From Escherichia phage CMS-2020a, in sequence record CP053388.1: 64,000 bases of DNA. The stretch is one strand, 5' to 3'. Shown here piece after piece: positions 20,015 through 28,981 of the stretch. The notes beneath the pieces were generated by a model that saw nothing but the letters and a program-made list of their open reading frames with translations, searched no databases and had not been told where the DNA came from. Position 1 is the stretch's first letter. Every line of letters begins with the position of its first letter. Both the position numbers and the translations under genes were made by a program.

Positions 20015-20679
20015 GCAGCCATCTCCCCGGAAGAGATCTTCTCCGCATATGCCACAAATGCGTCTACCCCGCTTTCTCCCGTCATTTCTTCCATGTGGGC
20101 AAGCAAATCACCAACAACAATGGCAGAGCCAGCAGGGAGCGTTTTAAAGCCCAATACGTCGACAACACGTACTTCTTCCGCTGCAACTTCACGACTGATC
20201 TCGGTGTGTTCATCCTTCTGTCGTTTAGTTTCTTCGCCAAGATCGATAACTAGCGAGTCGGTGTCCATTTCTTCTGTCATACTGCCAACGAGAACATTCA
20301 ACTCACGCTCTTCAAAGCCGAAAACCTCGATATCGTCCAGAACAAGCGACTCAAGCTCTTTCTGTAGCTTAATTGCATCGTAATCAATGCTGGCAAGTCG
20401 GTTATCTTCAAGGCGCTTCGCACGAACCTCGTCATCACTGAGATCATCGCGAACAATAACCGGTACGCGCTCAAGTCCAGCAAAAATTGCAGCCTCACGG
20501 CGGCCGTGGCCAGTAATAATTACGTCGTTCTTATCGACCGTAATTGGCTGGTCAAATCCGCGCTTTTTAATGGCTGCGGCTAGATCTCGGATCTGCTGTT
20601 CATCATGCTTTTTGGCATTCATCTCATAGGGAATAAGATCTGCCGGGTCGCGATATACGATTTCAAACTTTTTGGTCAT
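20011..20679 (-). CDS. ParB-like N-terminal domain protein (paralog 2; start adjusted to Met at 20679)
   Basis: ParB/Srx motif ITGHGRREAA; 1-nt overlap with the upstream ParB-like gene and 4-nt overlap with the ATPase gene. Confidence 0.65.
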   Translation of the reverse strand: MTKKFEIVYRDPADLIPYEMNAKKHDEQQIRDLAAAIKKRGFDQPITVDKNDVIITGHGRREAAIFAGLERVPVIVRDDLSDDEVRAKRLEDNRLASIDYDAIKLQKELESLVLDDIEVFGFEERELNVLVGSMTEEMDTDSLVIDLGEETKRQKDEHTEISREVAAEEVRVVDVLGFKTLPAGSAIVVGDLLAHMEEMTGESGVDAFVAYAEKISSGEMAA

Positions 20680-21377
20680 TACATACGCTCCTTGTAGTAG
20701 TCGACCAGCCATACCAGAGCCTCACCAGCGTTCTCCATTTCATTACCGGTGTTAATAGCCTGCTCTTTGATGATGTTTTTTATGGTTTCTGCAACACGAT
20801 CTGACGCATCGAAAGTTACTTTGAAGCGCATGGTCTGATGTTCCGCACCCACACGTTCGGTTTTCTCTCGTTTGTCGGTATCGACAGGCTCATCACTACC
20901 ACGAGACAACGCCTCCAGTGCTTCAAGGTCGATTGCCGCCTCTTTTGCTAAAACCATCGAGATTTCGTCGTCATACGGGGCGATTTCAGACAGTTGATAG
21001 TCAAGTTCTGACTGAATTTCTTCAATGAAGCGTTGCAATGCGATTTGGTCGTCTTCACCGTATCGCTCGTTGTCCACCAGTGACATCTGTTTAGCTACGA
21101 CATCGCTAATTTTGCCCACAGAAAGCACCGGAACCGTTGAAATTCCTTGCTCAATAGCAGCACGCCAGCGATGTTCGCCGCCGAGGATTTCAAAAAATCC
21201 ATCTTCAAGTTCACGAGCCAAAATTGGCTTAAAAAAGCCCAATTTTTCGATAGAACCTTTCAGTTTTTCAAAATTCTGCGCACCAACCGAATTGGTGTTC
21301 CAGGTATTCGGGCGAAGGTTGGCAACATCAACCTGCAAAATCGTGATTTTTACATCCATTTTATTGCTACAATCCAC
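20679..21377 (-). CDS. ParB-like N-terminal domain protein (paralog 1)
   Basis: Classical ParB box ILGGEHRWRAA; first gene of the operon, divergent from the helicase gene. Confidence 0.7.
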   Translation of the reverse strand: MDCSNKMDVKITILQVDVANLRPNTWNTNSVGAQNFEKLKGSIEKLGFFKPILARELEDGFFEILGGEHRWRAAIEQGISTVPVLSVGKISDVVAKQMSLVDNERYGEDDQIALQRFIEEIQSELDYQLSEIAPYDDEISMVLAKEAAIDLEALEALSRGSDEPVDTDKREKTERVGAEHQTMRFKVTFDASDRVAETIKNIIKEQAINTGNEMENAGEALVWLVDYYKERM

Positions 21378-21392
21378 TAAGTAATCACTTAC
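21367..21392. promoter_or_regulatory. Palindromic motif B in the divergent promoter region
   Basis: actaagtaatcacttacttat between the divergent ParB-like and helicase genes. Confidence 0.45.
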
Positions 21393-21441
21393 TTATTATA
21401 ATAGCCAAATAACATACAAAAGGCACTAAGGAAAGAGGTTT

Positions 21442-23001
21442 ATGACTGTTCGGATTGTATCTAACGCAGTAAATGCGCTTATTTCTGGCGCAGATGACAA
21501 GGTAAAGCAACTGGTGCAGCAAATGTTGAGCTACGAAGTCGAGACTGGCGACTGGAAGGGCACAAGCACGATGTTCAACTGGAGTAAAAACTCGTTCCCT
21601 GCTGGCTTTGCCAAGCCTGTAGCGGCGAACTTGAACAAGGCGGGCATCAAATGTGTTCATATCCGCAAAGACAAAGCCCCGGCGCTTGGTAAACCAAATC
21701 CGGCGGTTAACCCATTCCCATACAATCCTGATTATGCGTATCAGGATCAGACTGTGGAAACACTGGTTCGAGAGGGAATGATGATTGCGCAGATCGCTAC
21801 TGGTGGCGGGAAATCTAACGTTGCCTGCAAAGCAGCTGCACGTATCGGTCGAATGACATTATTTTTAACAACTCGCTCTGTTCTGATGTTTCAAATGGCC
21901 GAAAACTTCCAGAGATCCATCGACTACCGCGCCGAAAATGGCGAACCGTGGTTAAAGGGCCAAAAGGTTGGAGTCATTGGCTCGGGTGAGTTCCAGGTAT
22001 CACGACATATCAACGTCGCTACAGTTCAAACTCTGGCAAGTTTCCTTGAAGAACCACCACGCGATGCAACACCAGATAAAAAGAGCTACCATCTCAAACG
22101 TCGGGAGTTGGTGAAACGCTTCCTTTCAAGTGTGTCTCTGCTTATTCTGGAAGAAGCGCATGAGTCTTCAGGCTCTAATTTCTATGACATTGCCAGATTA
22201 TGTGTGAACGCAGACTATCGTCTGGCGCTTACAGCCACGCCGTTCATGAAGGATTCGACGGAAGCCAACATGCGCCTGATGGCGGTGGCCGGGCGAATTG
22301 AAATTAAAGTCACAGAAAAGTACCTGATTGATCGAGGCATTCTGGCAAAGCCGTACTTCCTTTATCATAAAGTTGCCTACAAGCCAGACGAGGCCAGAAT
22401 CAAGGCCGAACTTGCCAACAAACACCTCAATTTTAGAGTTGGTATGAGCACCGCCTACCAAAAGGCTTATCAGTTGGGGATCGTGTATAATTTGGGACGT
22501 AACGAGGCCATAGTGCGCGAGGCATTGCTTTATAAGCAACATTCACTCAACTGCATGACTCTGGTTCGTCTTAAACGCCACGGGCAAATCCTGATGGAGA
22601 TGATGAAGGAGTCAGGTCTTAAAGTTGATTTCATCTATGGGGAATCTAACCAGACGACAAGGCAAGCAAAGCTGAATAGTTTAGCGTCTGGTGAAATAGA
22701 TGTTTTAATAGGCTCGACTATTCTGGATGTTGGTGTTGATGTGCCAAGCGTTGGTGCGGTCATTCTTGCTGGTGGTGGGAAAGCAGAAGTTGAAATGAGA
22801 CAGCGTGTCGGTCGTGGCTTACGAGCCAAAAAAAATCAGGCAAACGTGTGTTTTATCACTGATTTCATTGACATTAGCAACAAATACCTGTTGTCTCACT
22901 CTTATGAGCGAAAACACATCATCGACACCACACCTGGCTTTGCAGAAGGTGTATTGCCTATTGATGGAGCATTCGATTTTGGAGTTCTGAAACGAGATTA
23001 G
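21442..23001 (+). CDS. SF2 DNA helicase (DEAD/DEAH-box type)
   Basis: Motif I ATGGGKSNV, motif II LILEEAHE, motif III LTATP, motif VI QRVGRGLR. Confidence 0.8.
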   Translation: MTVRIVSNAVNALISGADDKVKQLVQQMLSYEVETGDWKGTSTMFNWSKNSFPAGFAKPVAANLNKAGIKCVHIRKDKAPALGKPNPAVNPFPYNPDYAYQDQTVETLVREGMMIAQIATGGGKSNVACKAAARIGRMTLFLTTRSVLMFQMAENFQRSIDYRAENGEPWLKGQKVGVIGSGEFQVSRHINVATVQTLASFLEEPPRDATPDKKSYHLKRRELVKRFLSSVSLLILEEAHESSGSNFYDIARLCVNADYRLALTATPFMKDSTEANMRLMAVAGRIEIKVTEKYLIDRGILAKPYFLYHKVAYKPDEARIKAELANKHLNFRVGMSTAYQKAYQLGIVYNLGRNEAIVREALLYKQHSLNCMTLVRLKRHGQILMEMMKESGLKVDFIYGESNQTTRQAKLNSLASGEIDVLIGSTILDVGVDVPSVGAVILAGGGKAEVEMRQRVGRGLRAKKNQANVCFITDFIDISNKYLLSHSYERKHIIDTTPGFAEGVLPIDGAFDFGVLKRD

Positions 23002-23003
23002 TT

Positions 23004-23282
23004 ATGAGTGAAAAGAAAACAACTTACTGTCAGGTAGCATTGTCTGATAAGGCCAATGACAAACTTGGAAAGTTTCAAGTGAAACTAAAAGAAAAAAATA
23101 TCAAAATGTCTAAGGCTGAAGTCATAAATACCATTCTGGAACAATTGACAATGGCCGACTTTGACAAGGTTATATCTTCTGTCGGGGCTTCCGCTAAGAC
23201 TCGTGAGAAAATCATGCGTATCTATGAGAACTCTAATATGACAAAGGAAGATCTCGAAACGCTATTAAGCAGATTAAAATAA
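23004..23282 (+). CDS. Hypothetical protein
   Basis: 92 aa ORF starting 3 nt after the helicase stop. Confidence 0.45.
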   Translation: MSEKKTTYCQVALSDKANDKLGKFQVKLKEKNIKMSKAEVINTILEQLTMADFDKVISSVGASAKTREKIMRIYENSNMTKEDLETLLSRLK

Positions 23283-23350
23283 TCACGCTATCAATTAGGG
23301 AGACAAAGATGAAGTCTCCCATACTGTTCACTTTCTGTTCTAAAACTATC

Positions 23351-23773
23351 ATGAAATACTCGCTTCTCCCTCTACTAACGTTACCAGTGTTGATGCTTAC
23401 CGCGTGCCAATCACGCCCAATATCAATCCATGACGCCAAACCAGCACCGCAGGCCAAAGTGTTCAAGTATCAAAGCGCAGCGCCAGCTACGTTGGTGGTA
23501 ATGAGAGACACAGGTTTTGTAGGAGCTGGATGTGATGCTTCCATTTTCATCAACGGCGAAACTGTCGCAAAACTGGCTACAGGCGAAAAAGCGACTTTCC
23601 ATTTAAATGCCGGAGTATTAATTGTGGGTGCATCTCTTGAAGGTGCAGGTTTATGTGCTCTAAACCCCGCTCGTCAAGAGCGAGAAACGACTCTGAAGAA
23701 TGGAGACACAAAAGCGTTCAGGGTGTTCACCAGCAATTCTGGTGACATCGACATTCTGCCAACAACTCTGTGA
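23351..23773 (+). CDS. Putative lipoprotein (start adjusted to MKYSLLPLLTLPVLMLTAC)
   Basis: Signal peptide with lipobox L-T-A-C; track ORF begins 14 codons earlier. Confidence 0.55.
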   Translation: MKYSLLPLLTLPVLMLTACQSRPISIHDAKPAPQAKVFKYQSAAPATLVVMRDTGFVGAGCDASIFINGETVAKLATGEKATFHLNAGVLIVGASLEGAGLCALNPARQERETTLKNGDTKAFRVFTSNSGDIDILPTTL

Positions 23774-23777
23774 TGAC

Positions 23778-24302
23778 ATGACAACCAAAGATATTACCTA
23801 CGGTATCCAAGCTGAACTCTGGCCGCGAGATTACACTAACGTTGAAAAACTACTGATGTTCTGGCGCAGAGAACAAATTCCTGTAAGGGTCACTCTCGAA
23901 GATGGCCAGGCGTTTTGCATGTACGTTTATGGCCTCATGCCATCTCGTAACAAAGTTGACCTTTGCCCAGCCCCTTTTGACAAAGAAAATCGTATAAGGC
24001 TCCCACTTGAACGCATTAGTACAATTGAATCAGGTGTGGTTGACAGTATCGCTCACGATTTCAAAGGTCGACTAACAGTTCACCCTGATTATGTCGATAA
24101 TCGGCCATCACGCCGCGATTTTTTTGCAATTTGCAACCAAGCCTACAAAGCAAACAAATCTATAAGGGTGTACATGGCGGATGGCCGTGAAATTGAGGGG
24201 GTGTCAGCAGGTGCAGATGCTTGTCAGGTTACACTACGTGTCGAGAACGGTAGAAAAATAGTTGTTTTGTTCGATTGGGTTGAACGAATTTTGCCTTTTT
24301 GA
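23778..24302 (+). CDS. Hypothetical protein (start adjusted to MTTKDITYG)
   Basis: Track ORF 23700-24302 overlaps the lipoprotein gene; in-frame ATG at 23778 follows the lipoprotein stop. Confidence 0.45.
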   Translation: MTTKDITYGIQAELWPRDYTNVEKLLMFWRREQIPVRVTLEDGQAFCMYVYGLMPSRNKVDLCPAPFDKENRIRLPLERISTIESGVVDSIAHDFKGRLTVHPDYVDNRPSRRDFFAICNQAYKANKSIRVYMADGREIEGVSAGADACQVTLRVENGRKIVVLFDWVERILPF

Positions 24303-24305
24303 GTT

Positions 24306-24614
24306 ATGAAATCGATATTGTTACCACCATTATTTTTACTTTGCTCAGTTGCAGCAAATGCAATGGACTATAAGCCTGTCATTCAGTCGCTGATGAATGA
24401 CGTGTGCTCAACGTCTCAGAATGTATCAGTTTGCATGTATCAATTTTCGGCAGCCGTAAAAGCAGGAAAAGCGATAGGCGAGAATGTGGAACTGTGTAAG
24501 AAAGTGGCAAATGAAGAACGGGCAATGTTGGATTGCGAATCTAGCGAGTCATCGGCACAGTTCGTTGATGCGCTATTTGACACCAATCGTAAGGCTGTAG
24601 AGTCTGTTCAATAA
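24306..24614 (+). CDS. Small secreted, cysteine-containing protein
   Basis: N-terminal signal peptide MKSILLPPLFLLCSVAANA with A-x-A cleavage motif; 102 aa. Confidence 0.5.
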   Translation: MKSILLPPLFLLCSVAANAMDYKPVIQSLMNDVCSTSQNVSVCMYQFSAAVKAGKAIGENVELCKKVANEERAMLDCESSESSAQFVDALFDTNRKAVESVQ

Positions 24615-24626
24615 ATCTATAAGGTT

Positions 24627-24657
24627 AATAACCGGCTAAGTCCGGTTATTATTTTTC
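24627..24657 (+). terminator. Rho-independent terminator
   Basis: Hairpin aaccggctaagtccggtt followed by attattttt. Confidence 0.6.
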
Positions 24658-24805
24658 ACATCACTTCTTTATATCTACAAATCAAATAACCTAAATATAT
24701 ATAAGGTCTAAAGCCGCAATCGATTATTTATTTAGGGAACACCTTCGACGATCTCGCTTTTATTTCTAGGACTTTCATCCCTGCAAAAAATTTTAAAAAA
24801 AACAC

Positions 24806-24833
24806 TTGCAATCTTTTTTCGTATATCGATAAT
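24806..24833 (+). promoter_or_regulatory. Sigma70-like promoter of the moron operon
   Basis: TTGCAA, 16-17 bp spacer, GATAAT, preceded by an A/T-rich UP-like tract; about 65 nt upstream of the ATG at 24899. Confidence 0.5.
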
Positions 24834-24898
24834 TGAACTCGTCGAAAGCGAAGACGCTAACGACAATAAATTTTAAATTTACATAAGGAAAAATCATC

Positions 24899-25549
24899 AT
24901 GGCTAACATTATCATTTCTAAAAAATCCATCGTTGAAGCTGCTTCCATTGTATCCGATGAACTGCGCGAAAAAGCAGATCTGGCAACTCAAACATACAAC
25001 GAACATTATAAAAATGGTACGCACACTAAAGCAGACAAAGCAAATATGCAAGCTGCGACCACTAAACTAGCTTACTTCATCAACAACGTTGTAAACGCTG
25101 TAGAAGACGAAAAATTGTGCTCTGTTTTCTACTATGCGATTAAAGCAAGCAAACAAGCGCCAGAAGTATTTTTTCGTGATGCAATGACTAATAGTTATTC
25201 TCTGGAAAAACTGGTTTATCTGGTTAAATCAATTAAATCTGGTAAATGCATTTATTCCATCGCTGATATGTCTGGATCTCGTGTATTCGCTTTAATCGAT
25301 ATGATTAACGACGAGATCGACACGTTCACCAATGGCGCTGTTTTCGATTTAATGAATGAAGCTAAAAAAGCGTGTGAAATTAAATTGGACGCTGGCTATA
25401 CTCAAGCCAACCAGTTGATCAATCTTTGCGAACGTCTCGGACTTGTTGAAAAAGTCAAAGGAGCTGGGAGCGCCAAAGCTGGTACACAGCAATATCGCTT
25501 TATCAAGAATGATTTCTACAATTATTTAGCTGATGCTTTTAAAGCGTAA
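24899..25549 (+). CDS. Moron protein 1, unknown function
   Basis: 216 aa ORF with strong RBS (aagga) in an AT-rich segment; no motif recognised. Confidence 0.6.
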   Translation: MANIIISKKSIVEAASIVSDELREKADLATQTYNEHYKNGTHTKADKANMQAATTKLAYFINNVVNAVEDEKLCSVFYYAIKASKQAPEVFFRDAMTNSYSLEKLVYLVKSIKSGKCIYSIADMSGSRVFALIDMINDEIDTFTNGAVFDLMNEAKKACEIKLDAGYTQANQLINLCERLGLVEKVKGAGSAKAGTQQYRFIKNDFYNYLADAFKA

Positions 25550-25597
25550 TTAATGGAATCAAGCGCCCACAATGGGCGCTTTAAAGGAGCTTTAAAG

Positions 25598-25801
25598 ATG
25601 GTCAGCTATGACAAGATCCGCGCAGAATATCGCGCAAATTATCGCGCTTATAAACTGGAATTAATCGACGATTTGATCGCGCAACGCGACCAATTAAATT
25701 TTACGTTTTCTGATTTGCTTAACAGCAAGCGAGATTGCAAGCGCAAACGTGAATACTTACGCTTAAGCGCATTAATCGGAAAACTTCAAAATTCTATTTA
25801 A
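25598..25801 (+). CDS. Moron protein 2, small basic protein of unknown function
   Basis: 67 aa from ATG at 25598 with RBS aaggag; the track ORF begins earlier at 25553. Confidence 0.45.
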   Translation: MVSYDKIRAEYRANYRAYKLELIDDLIAQRDQLNFTFSDLLNSKRDCKRKREYLRLSALIGKLQNSI

Positions 25802-25822
25802 TTTTTTTTAAGGAGCTTAATC

Positions 25823-26053
25823 ATGTTTGTTCTTATCGCTGGCGTTAACGTCCATAATGAATATTATGTTAATCGCATCGCTGGGATCGCTGGTTACGCT
25901 GGGCGCGTAGTCGAGCTTATAGACGAAACGACGCGCAAAATTGACTTATTGAGCGACCAGGAGCGAAAAAAAGCAGACGTGAACGACGCTGATATATTTT
26001 TAATGTTAAAAGCGTTCGTAGAAATGGGATTTAAAATCAGTTTACACAAATAA
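25823..26053 (+). CDS. Moron protein 3, small protein of unknown function
   Basis: 76 aa with RBS aaggag 7 nt upstream. Confidence 0.5.
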   Translation: MFVLIAGVNVHNEYYVNRIAGIAGYAGRVVELIDETTRKIDLLSDQERKKADVNDADIFLMLKAFVEMGFKISLHK

Positions 26054-26056
26054 AAT

Positions 26057-26084
26057 CGAGCGCCCACTATGGGCGCTTTTTTCG
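26057..26084 (+). terminator. Rho-independent terminator
   Basis: Hairpin agcgcccactatgggcgct followed by tttttt. Confidence 0.65.
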
Positions 26085-26103
26085 TTTCCAATACACCTAC
26101 CAT

Positions 26104-26129
26104 AACGCGCCAATGATGGCGCGTTTTTA
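26104..26129 (+). terminator. Second stacked rho-independent terminator
   Basis: Hairpin acgcgccaatgatggcgcgt followed by ttttat. Confidence 0.55.
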
Positions 26130-26540
26130 TTGTCTTTAACTCACTCCAACAACATAAAAATAAGCGCCAAAATAACGCCATAGACGCGCTTTTATATCCT
26201 TACCAGTACATGCCCATTACTTAACACATTAACGCGCTTAAAACGCGTTATATTGCGCTATAGAGTATGGTTAATCATTGGCTTTTAGTCTTGCTATGTG
26301 ATCCGCGCTTATTTGTCGGTGCGGATCGGTATTTTGTTTTGTTCTGTATCCGCTCGCGTATTATGTGCGCGTGATTTTTCACTTAATCACACCACTTAAT
26401 CACGTATGTGATTATGCTACGAAAGAAATCTGGATGTCTCAGGTGACGAAAGTCATCATAATTTTCCCCGCTCACCTGTCCGACAACCGCTGGTTGGATT
26501 CCACCAGCTTCCCGATGTTTTTTCTACACAAAGGCGAATG

Positions 26541-26623
26541 CAGCCGTTTCCCGAAAAAATCCTGGCCGTTCCCCCGTCGGCTCATGAATACGTTCCTCGC
26601 CGCTTCTGAAAATTTCCCTGCGG
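26541..26623. repeat. Iteron-like array, type 1, cluster 1
   Basis: agccgtttcccgaaaaa, ggccgttcccccgtcgg, acgttcctcgccgc, cgcttctgaaaatttccctgcgg at about 22 bp spacing. Confidence 0.5.
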
Positions 26624-26669
26624 CAGCTGGTGGCTATAGAGAAAGGGCCGTTTCTGGCCCTCTTCTCAG

Positions 26670-27152
26670 TTACACGCCATCAAGGATGTGGATGCGGTTG
26701 CTTGCGTATACATTCAGCATAAAGTTAGCGCAAAACAGTTTCCATGTATCAACGCCAGCGGTATACGTAATGTTTTTGCATTTAATCGCATTGTTGGCGA
26801 TCCGCATCCCCTGCGATACTGCTTCATCGTCGGAAAATTTGAACGACGATTGAGTTTTAATCCAGACAGAAATCTGCGTAGCGAACTCAATCAGCTTGGA
26901 CTGGCAGAATCGCCCGGAGCGCACCGGAAAGACGAACGTTCCGAATCCAGAATTTACCACATATGCTTTCTCAAATACCCTCGAGTAACGACGATTGCCA
27001 ATGATGTCGCGTGCAATAATGCATTTTTCTTGTGCTGACAGTTCTACCGTCTCATTGTCGCGCCATGCACCAAGTACTCGTTTTTCAATGTCAGAGAACG
27101 TTACAGCGATATTGCCATGTGCGGGTGCGTTTACAGTAGCGATAAAATTCAT
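26670..27152 (-). CDS. Hypothetical protein
   Basis: 160 aa with RBS (aagga) before ATG at 27152 and motif A at 27174-27187; preferred over the overlapping plus-strand ORF. Confidence 0.5.
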   Translation of the reverse strand: MNFIATVNAPAHGNIAVTFSDIEKRVLGAWRDNETVELSAQEKCIIARDIIGNRRYSRVFEKAYVVNSGFGTFVFPVRSGRFCQSKLIEFATQISVWIKTQSSFKFSDDEAVSQGMRIANNAIKCKNITYTAGVDTWKLFCANFMLNVYASNRIHILDGV

Positions 27153-27356
27153 GATTAATTCCTTATCGTAAATAACAAATTGTTTTCTTGTTGGTGTTAA
27201 TTATCGTTGTACGAATAAGGCGTCAAAGTGGAAAGTTGCGGTAGCCGGACGGGAACAGGTGGGTTTGTCGGTTGCCTGGAGGTAAGAGGTTGGTGTTTTT
27301 AGCCTGCGGGAAACAAGATGGTCATTTAAGGCCACCAATGCTGATGGCCTTAATAA

Positions 27357-27500
27357 TTATCGCACGATTACGCTAAGGATCTTTTCCTCAACTGATTTGT
27401 TGTTGCGACTAAACTGCCTTGCGTATCTGATGACAGAAGAGGCGTTTTGCTTTCTGACCATCTCGGCTCTTTCCTTCAGGCGTTTCTTGAAATCGCCCAT
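27357..27500 (-). CDS. Small basic protein (47 aa), hypothetical
   Basis: MGDFKKRLKERAEMVRKQNASSV...; ATG 2 nt after the stop of the upstream gene; below the ORF-track length cutoff. Confidence 0.3.
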   Translation of the reverse strand: MGDFKKRLKERAEMVRKQNASSVIRYARQFSRNNKSVEEKILSVIVR

Positions 27501-27502
27501 AT

Positions 27503-27877
27503 TTACCACCAGGCGCAGAAGGTCAGTCTGTTATTGTGAAAGTCGTGGTTCTTAATCAGATCTTCCACAAGCTCTTTCAACTGCCCCACATCATGCCAGT
27601 AACCTTCATCGTACTCCTGACTGCCGAAGAAAAAACCTTCCCGGGTAGGCAAGTACTCTTCGCAATTACTTTCGTTTATGTGCATCAAATGAGCCTTCAG
27701 AAAACAAATGTCATTCATCGTTAATTCTAAAAGCTCACAATTTTCGACTTCACCTACGTTGCGCTCCATCCACCCAACGAGCGCATTGAACTTACGGAAG
27801 TAAGCAACCTGCTTTCTGGATGCCTCGTTATTCAGATCGTTTTTAGGCTGTGTCTCGATATAGATATCAAGTCCCAT
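27503..27877 (-). CDS. Hypothetical protein (start adjusted to MGLDIYIE)
   Basis: RBS (aagga) before ATG at 27877; motif A at 27934-27947 upstream. Confidence 0.5.
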   Translation of the reverse strand: MGLDIYIETQPKNDLNNEASRKQVAYFRKFNALVGWMERNVGEVENCELLELTMNDICFLKAHLMHINESNCEEYLPTREGFFFGSQEYDEGYWHDVGQLKELVEDLIKNHDFHNNRLTFCAWW

Positions 27878-27994
27878 GATGGTTTCCTTATTAAGTTGCT
27901 TCAGTGAAATCATTTTCACAAATCAGATAAGGCAGAAAACAAATTGTTATCGGGCTTAATAAAATGGCGCGGTTTACGCGCCATTTAAAGAGGA

Positions 27995-28390
27995 TTAAGC
28001 GAATACGCTTTCAGGGATTAAGGTGTCGGCAGGAATGCCAGAGGTAATGCGCAGGCCGTACTGACCAATCCAGGTAGTGTTGGTATTCAGGTTGGAGGCG
28101 AATACGGTGTTAACCATATTCATCATGGTTTCAAACACCTCTTCATCAACCTGGCGGAAGTAGTTCTCGATTTTCAGCAGCAGCGGGTCAGTTGCATCGA
28201 GAATGGACTGGTATTGAGTCGCGTACTCGCCGTCGGAGGCATCACCTTTACGCACGATCGTACTGGCCTGGACTTCGGCACCAGTTTCGGTGTTGTACGT
28301 AACAACGGTGATTTTTGCCACATTCTTACCTTCGGCGGTTTCAGAGGCATAGTAAACATCAACTGTCAGTTTTTCGCGTTTAACGGTCAT
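27995..28390 (-). CDS. Hypothetical protein (start adjusted to MTVKREKL)
   Basis: RBS GGAGAG before ATG at 28390; palindromic motif B at 28430-28452 upstream. Confidence 0.5.
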   Translation of the reverse strand: MTVKREKLTVDVYYASETAEGKNVAKITVVTYNTETGAEVQASTIVRKGDASDGEYATQYQSILDATDPLLLKIENYFRQVDEEVFETMMNMVNTVFASNLNTNTTWIGQYGLRITSGIPADTLIPESVFA

Positions 28391-28455
28391 TTCACTCTCC
28401 GTAGTGTTTTGGTTATTTTTATATTCTATGATAGTAAGTATGTACTTACAATACA

Positions 28456-28484
28456 AAAAAGCCCCGTAAGGATGGCGGGGCTGT
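28456..28484 (-). terminator. Rho-independent terminator
   Basis: Minus strand reads hairpin gccccgccatccttacggggc followed by ttttttg. Confidence 0.6.
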
Positions 28485-28516
28485 CGTACTGTCGACTAAT
28501 TGCCACTTGCACATTA

Positions 28517-28828
28517 TCAGGCTATTGCCATCACTGATGCTCTCTGAATCTCTTGCTGGGCCACGCGGTTAACTTCCATCAAAGCCAGTTCGAGCTGATG
28601 TTCCGGCCACATTCTTTGAAATGCCACCCAGCCTTTTCCACGCTGGCGACGAACATTCATTACATAACGAGTAAAGGTGTTTTTATCGAAAGACACCGCT
28701 GTTTCACGGAACAGACGAATAGAGGTTCCATTGGCAACGATGTCCAGCAAAGTTAATTGAGCAACCAGCGCAGGCTTCTCTTTTCTCTTCTGGTCTTTGT
28801 CCAGACCAAGAACCAATGATTTTTTCAT
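28517..28828 (-). CDS. Hypothetical protein (start adjusted to MKKSLVLGL)
   Basis: RBS GGAG 7 nt before ATG at 28828; motif A at 28840-28854 immediately upstream. Confidence 0.5.
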   Translation of the reverse strand: MKKSLVLGLDKDQKRKEKPALVAQLTLLDIVANGTSIRLFRETAVSFDKNTFTRYVMNVRRQRGKGWVAFQRMWPEHQLELALMEVNRVAQQEIQRASVMAIA

Positions 28829-28981
28829 TACAACTCCGTAAACAACTTGTTTTCTCAATGGCGTAAATAATACCAGTAAGAAAACGGCTACAAAGCATAT
28901 TGATCAGGTGCATGAGCGATATGCAGGTTCTTCCCTGCGGCTATAGAGAAATTAAGCCAGCATTGCTGGCTTTGGTTGGGG

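Noticed and set aside
26365-26853. 162-aa plus-strand ORF
   Set aside because: Overlaps the iteron and operator-like repeat block and the better-supported minus-strand gene 26670-27152; composition is not protein-like.
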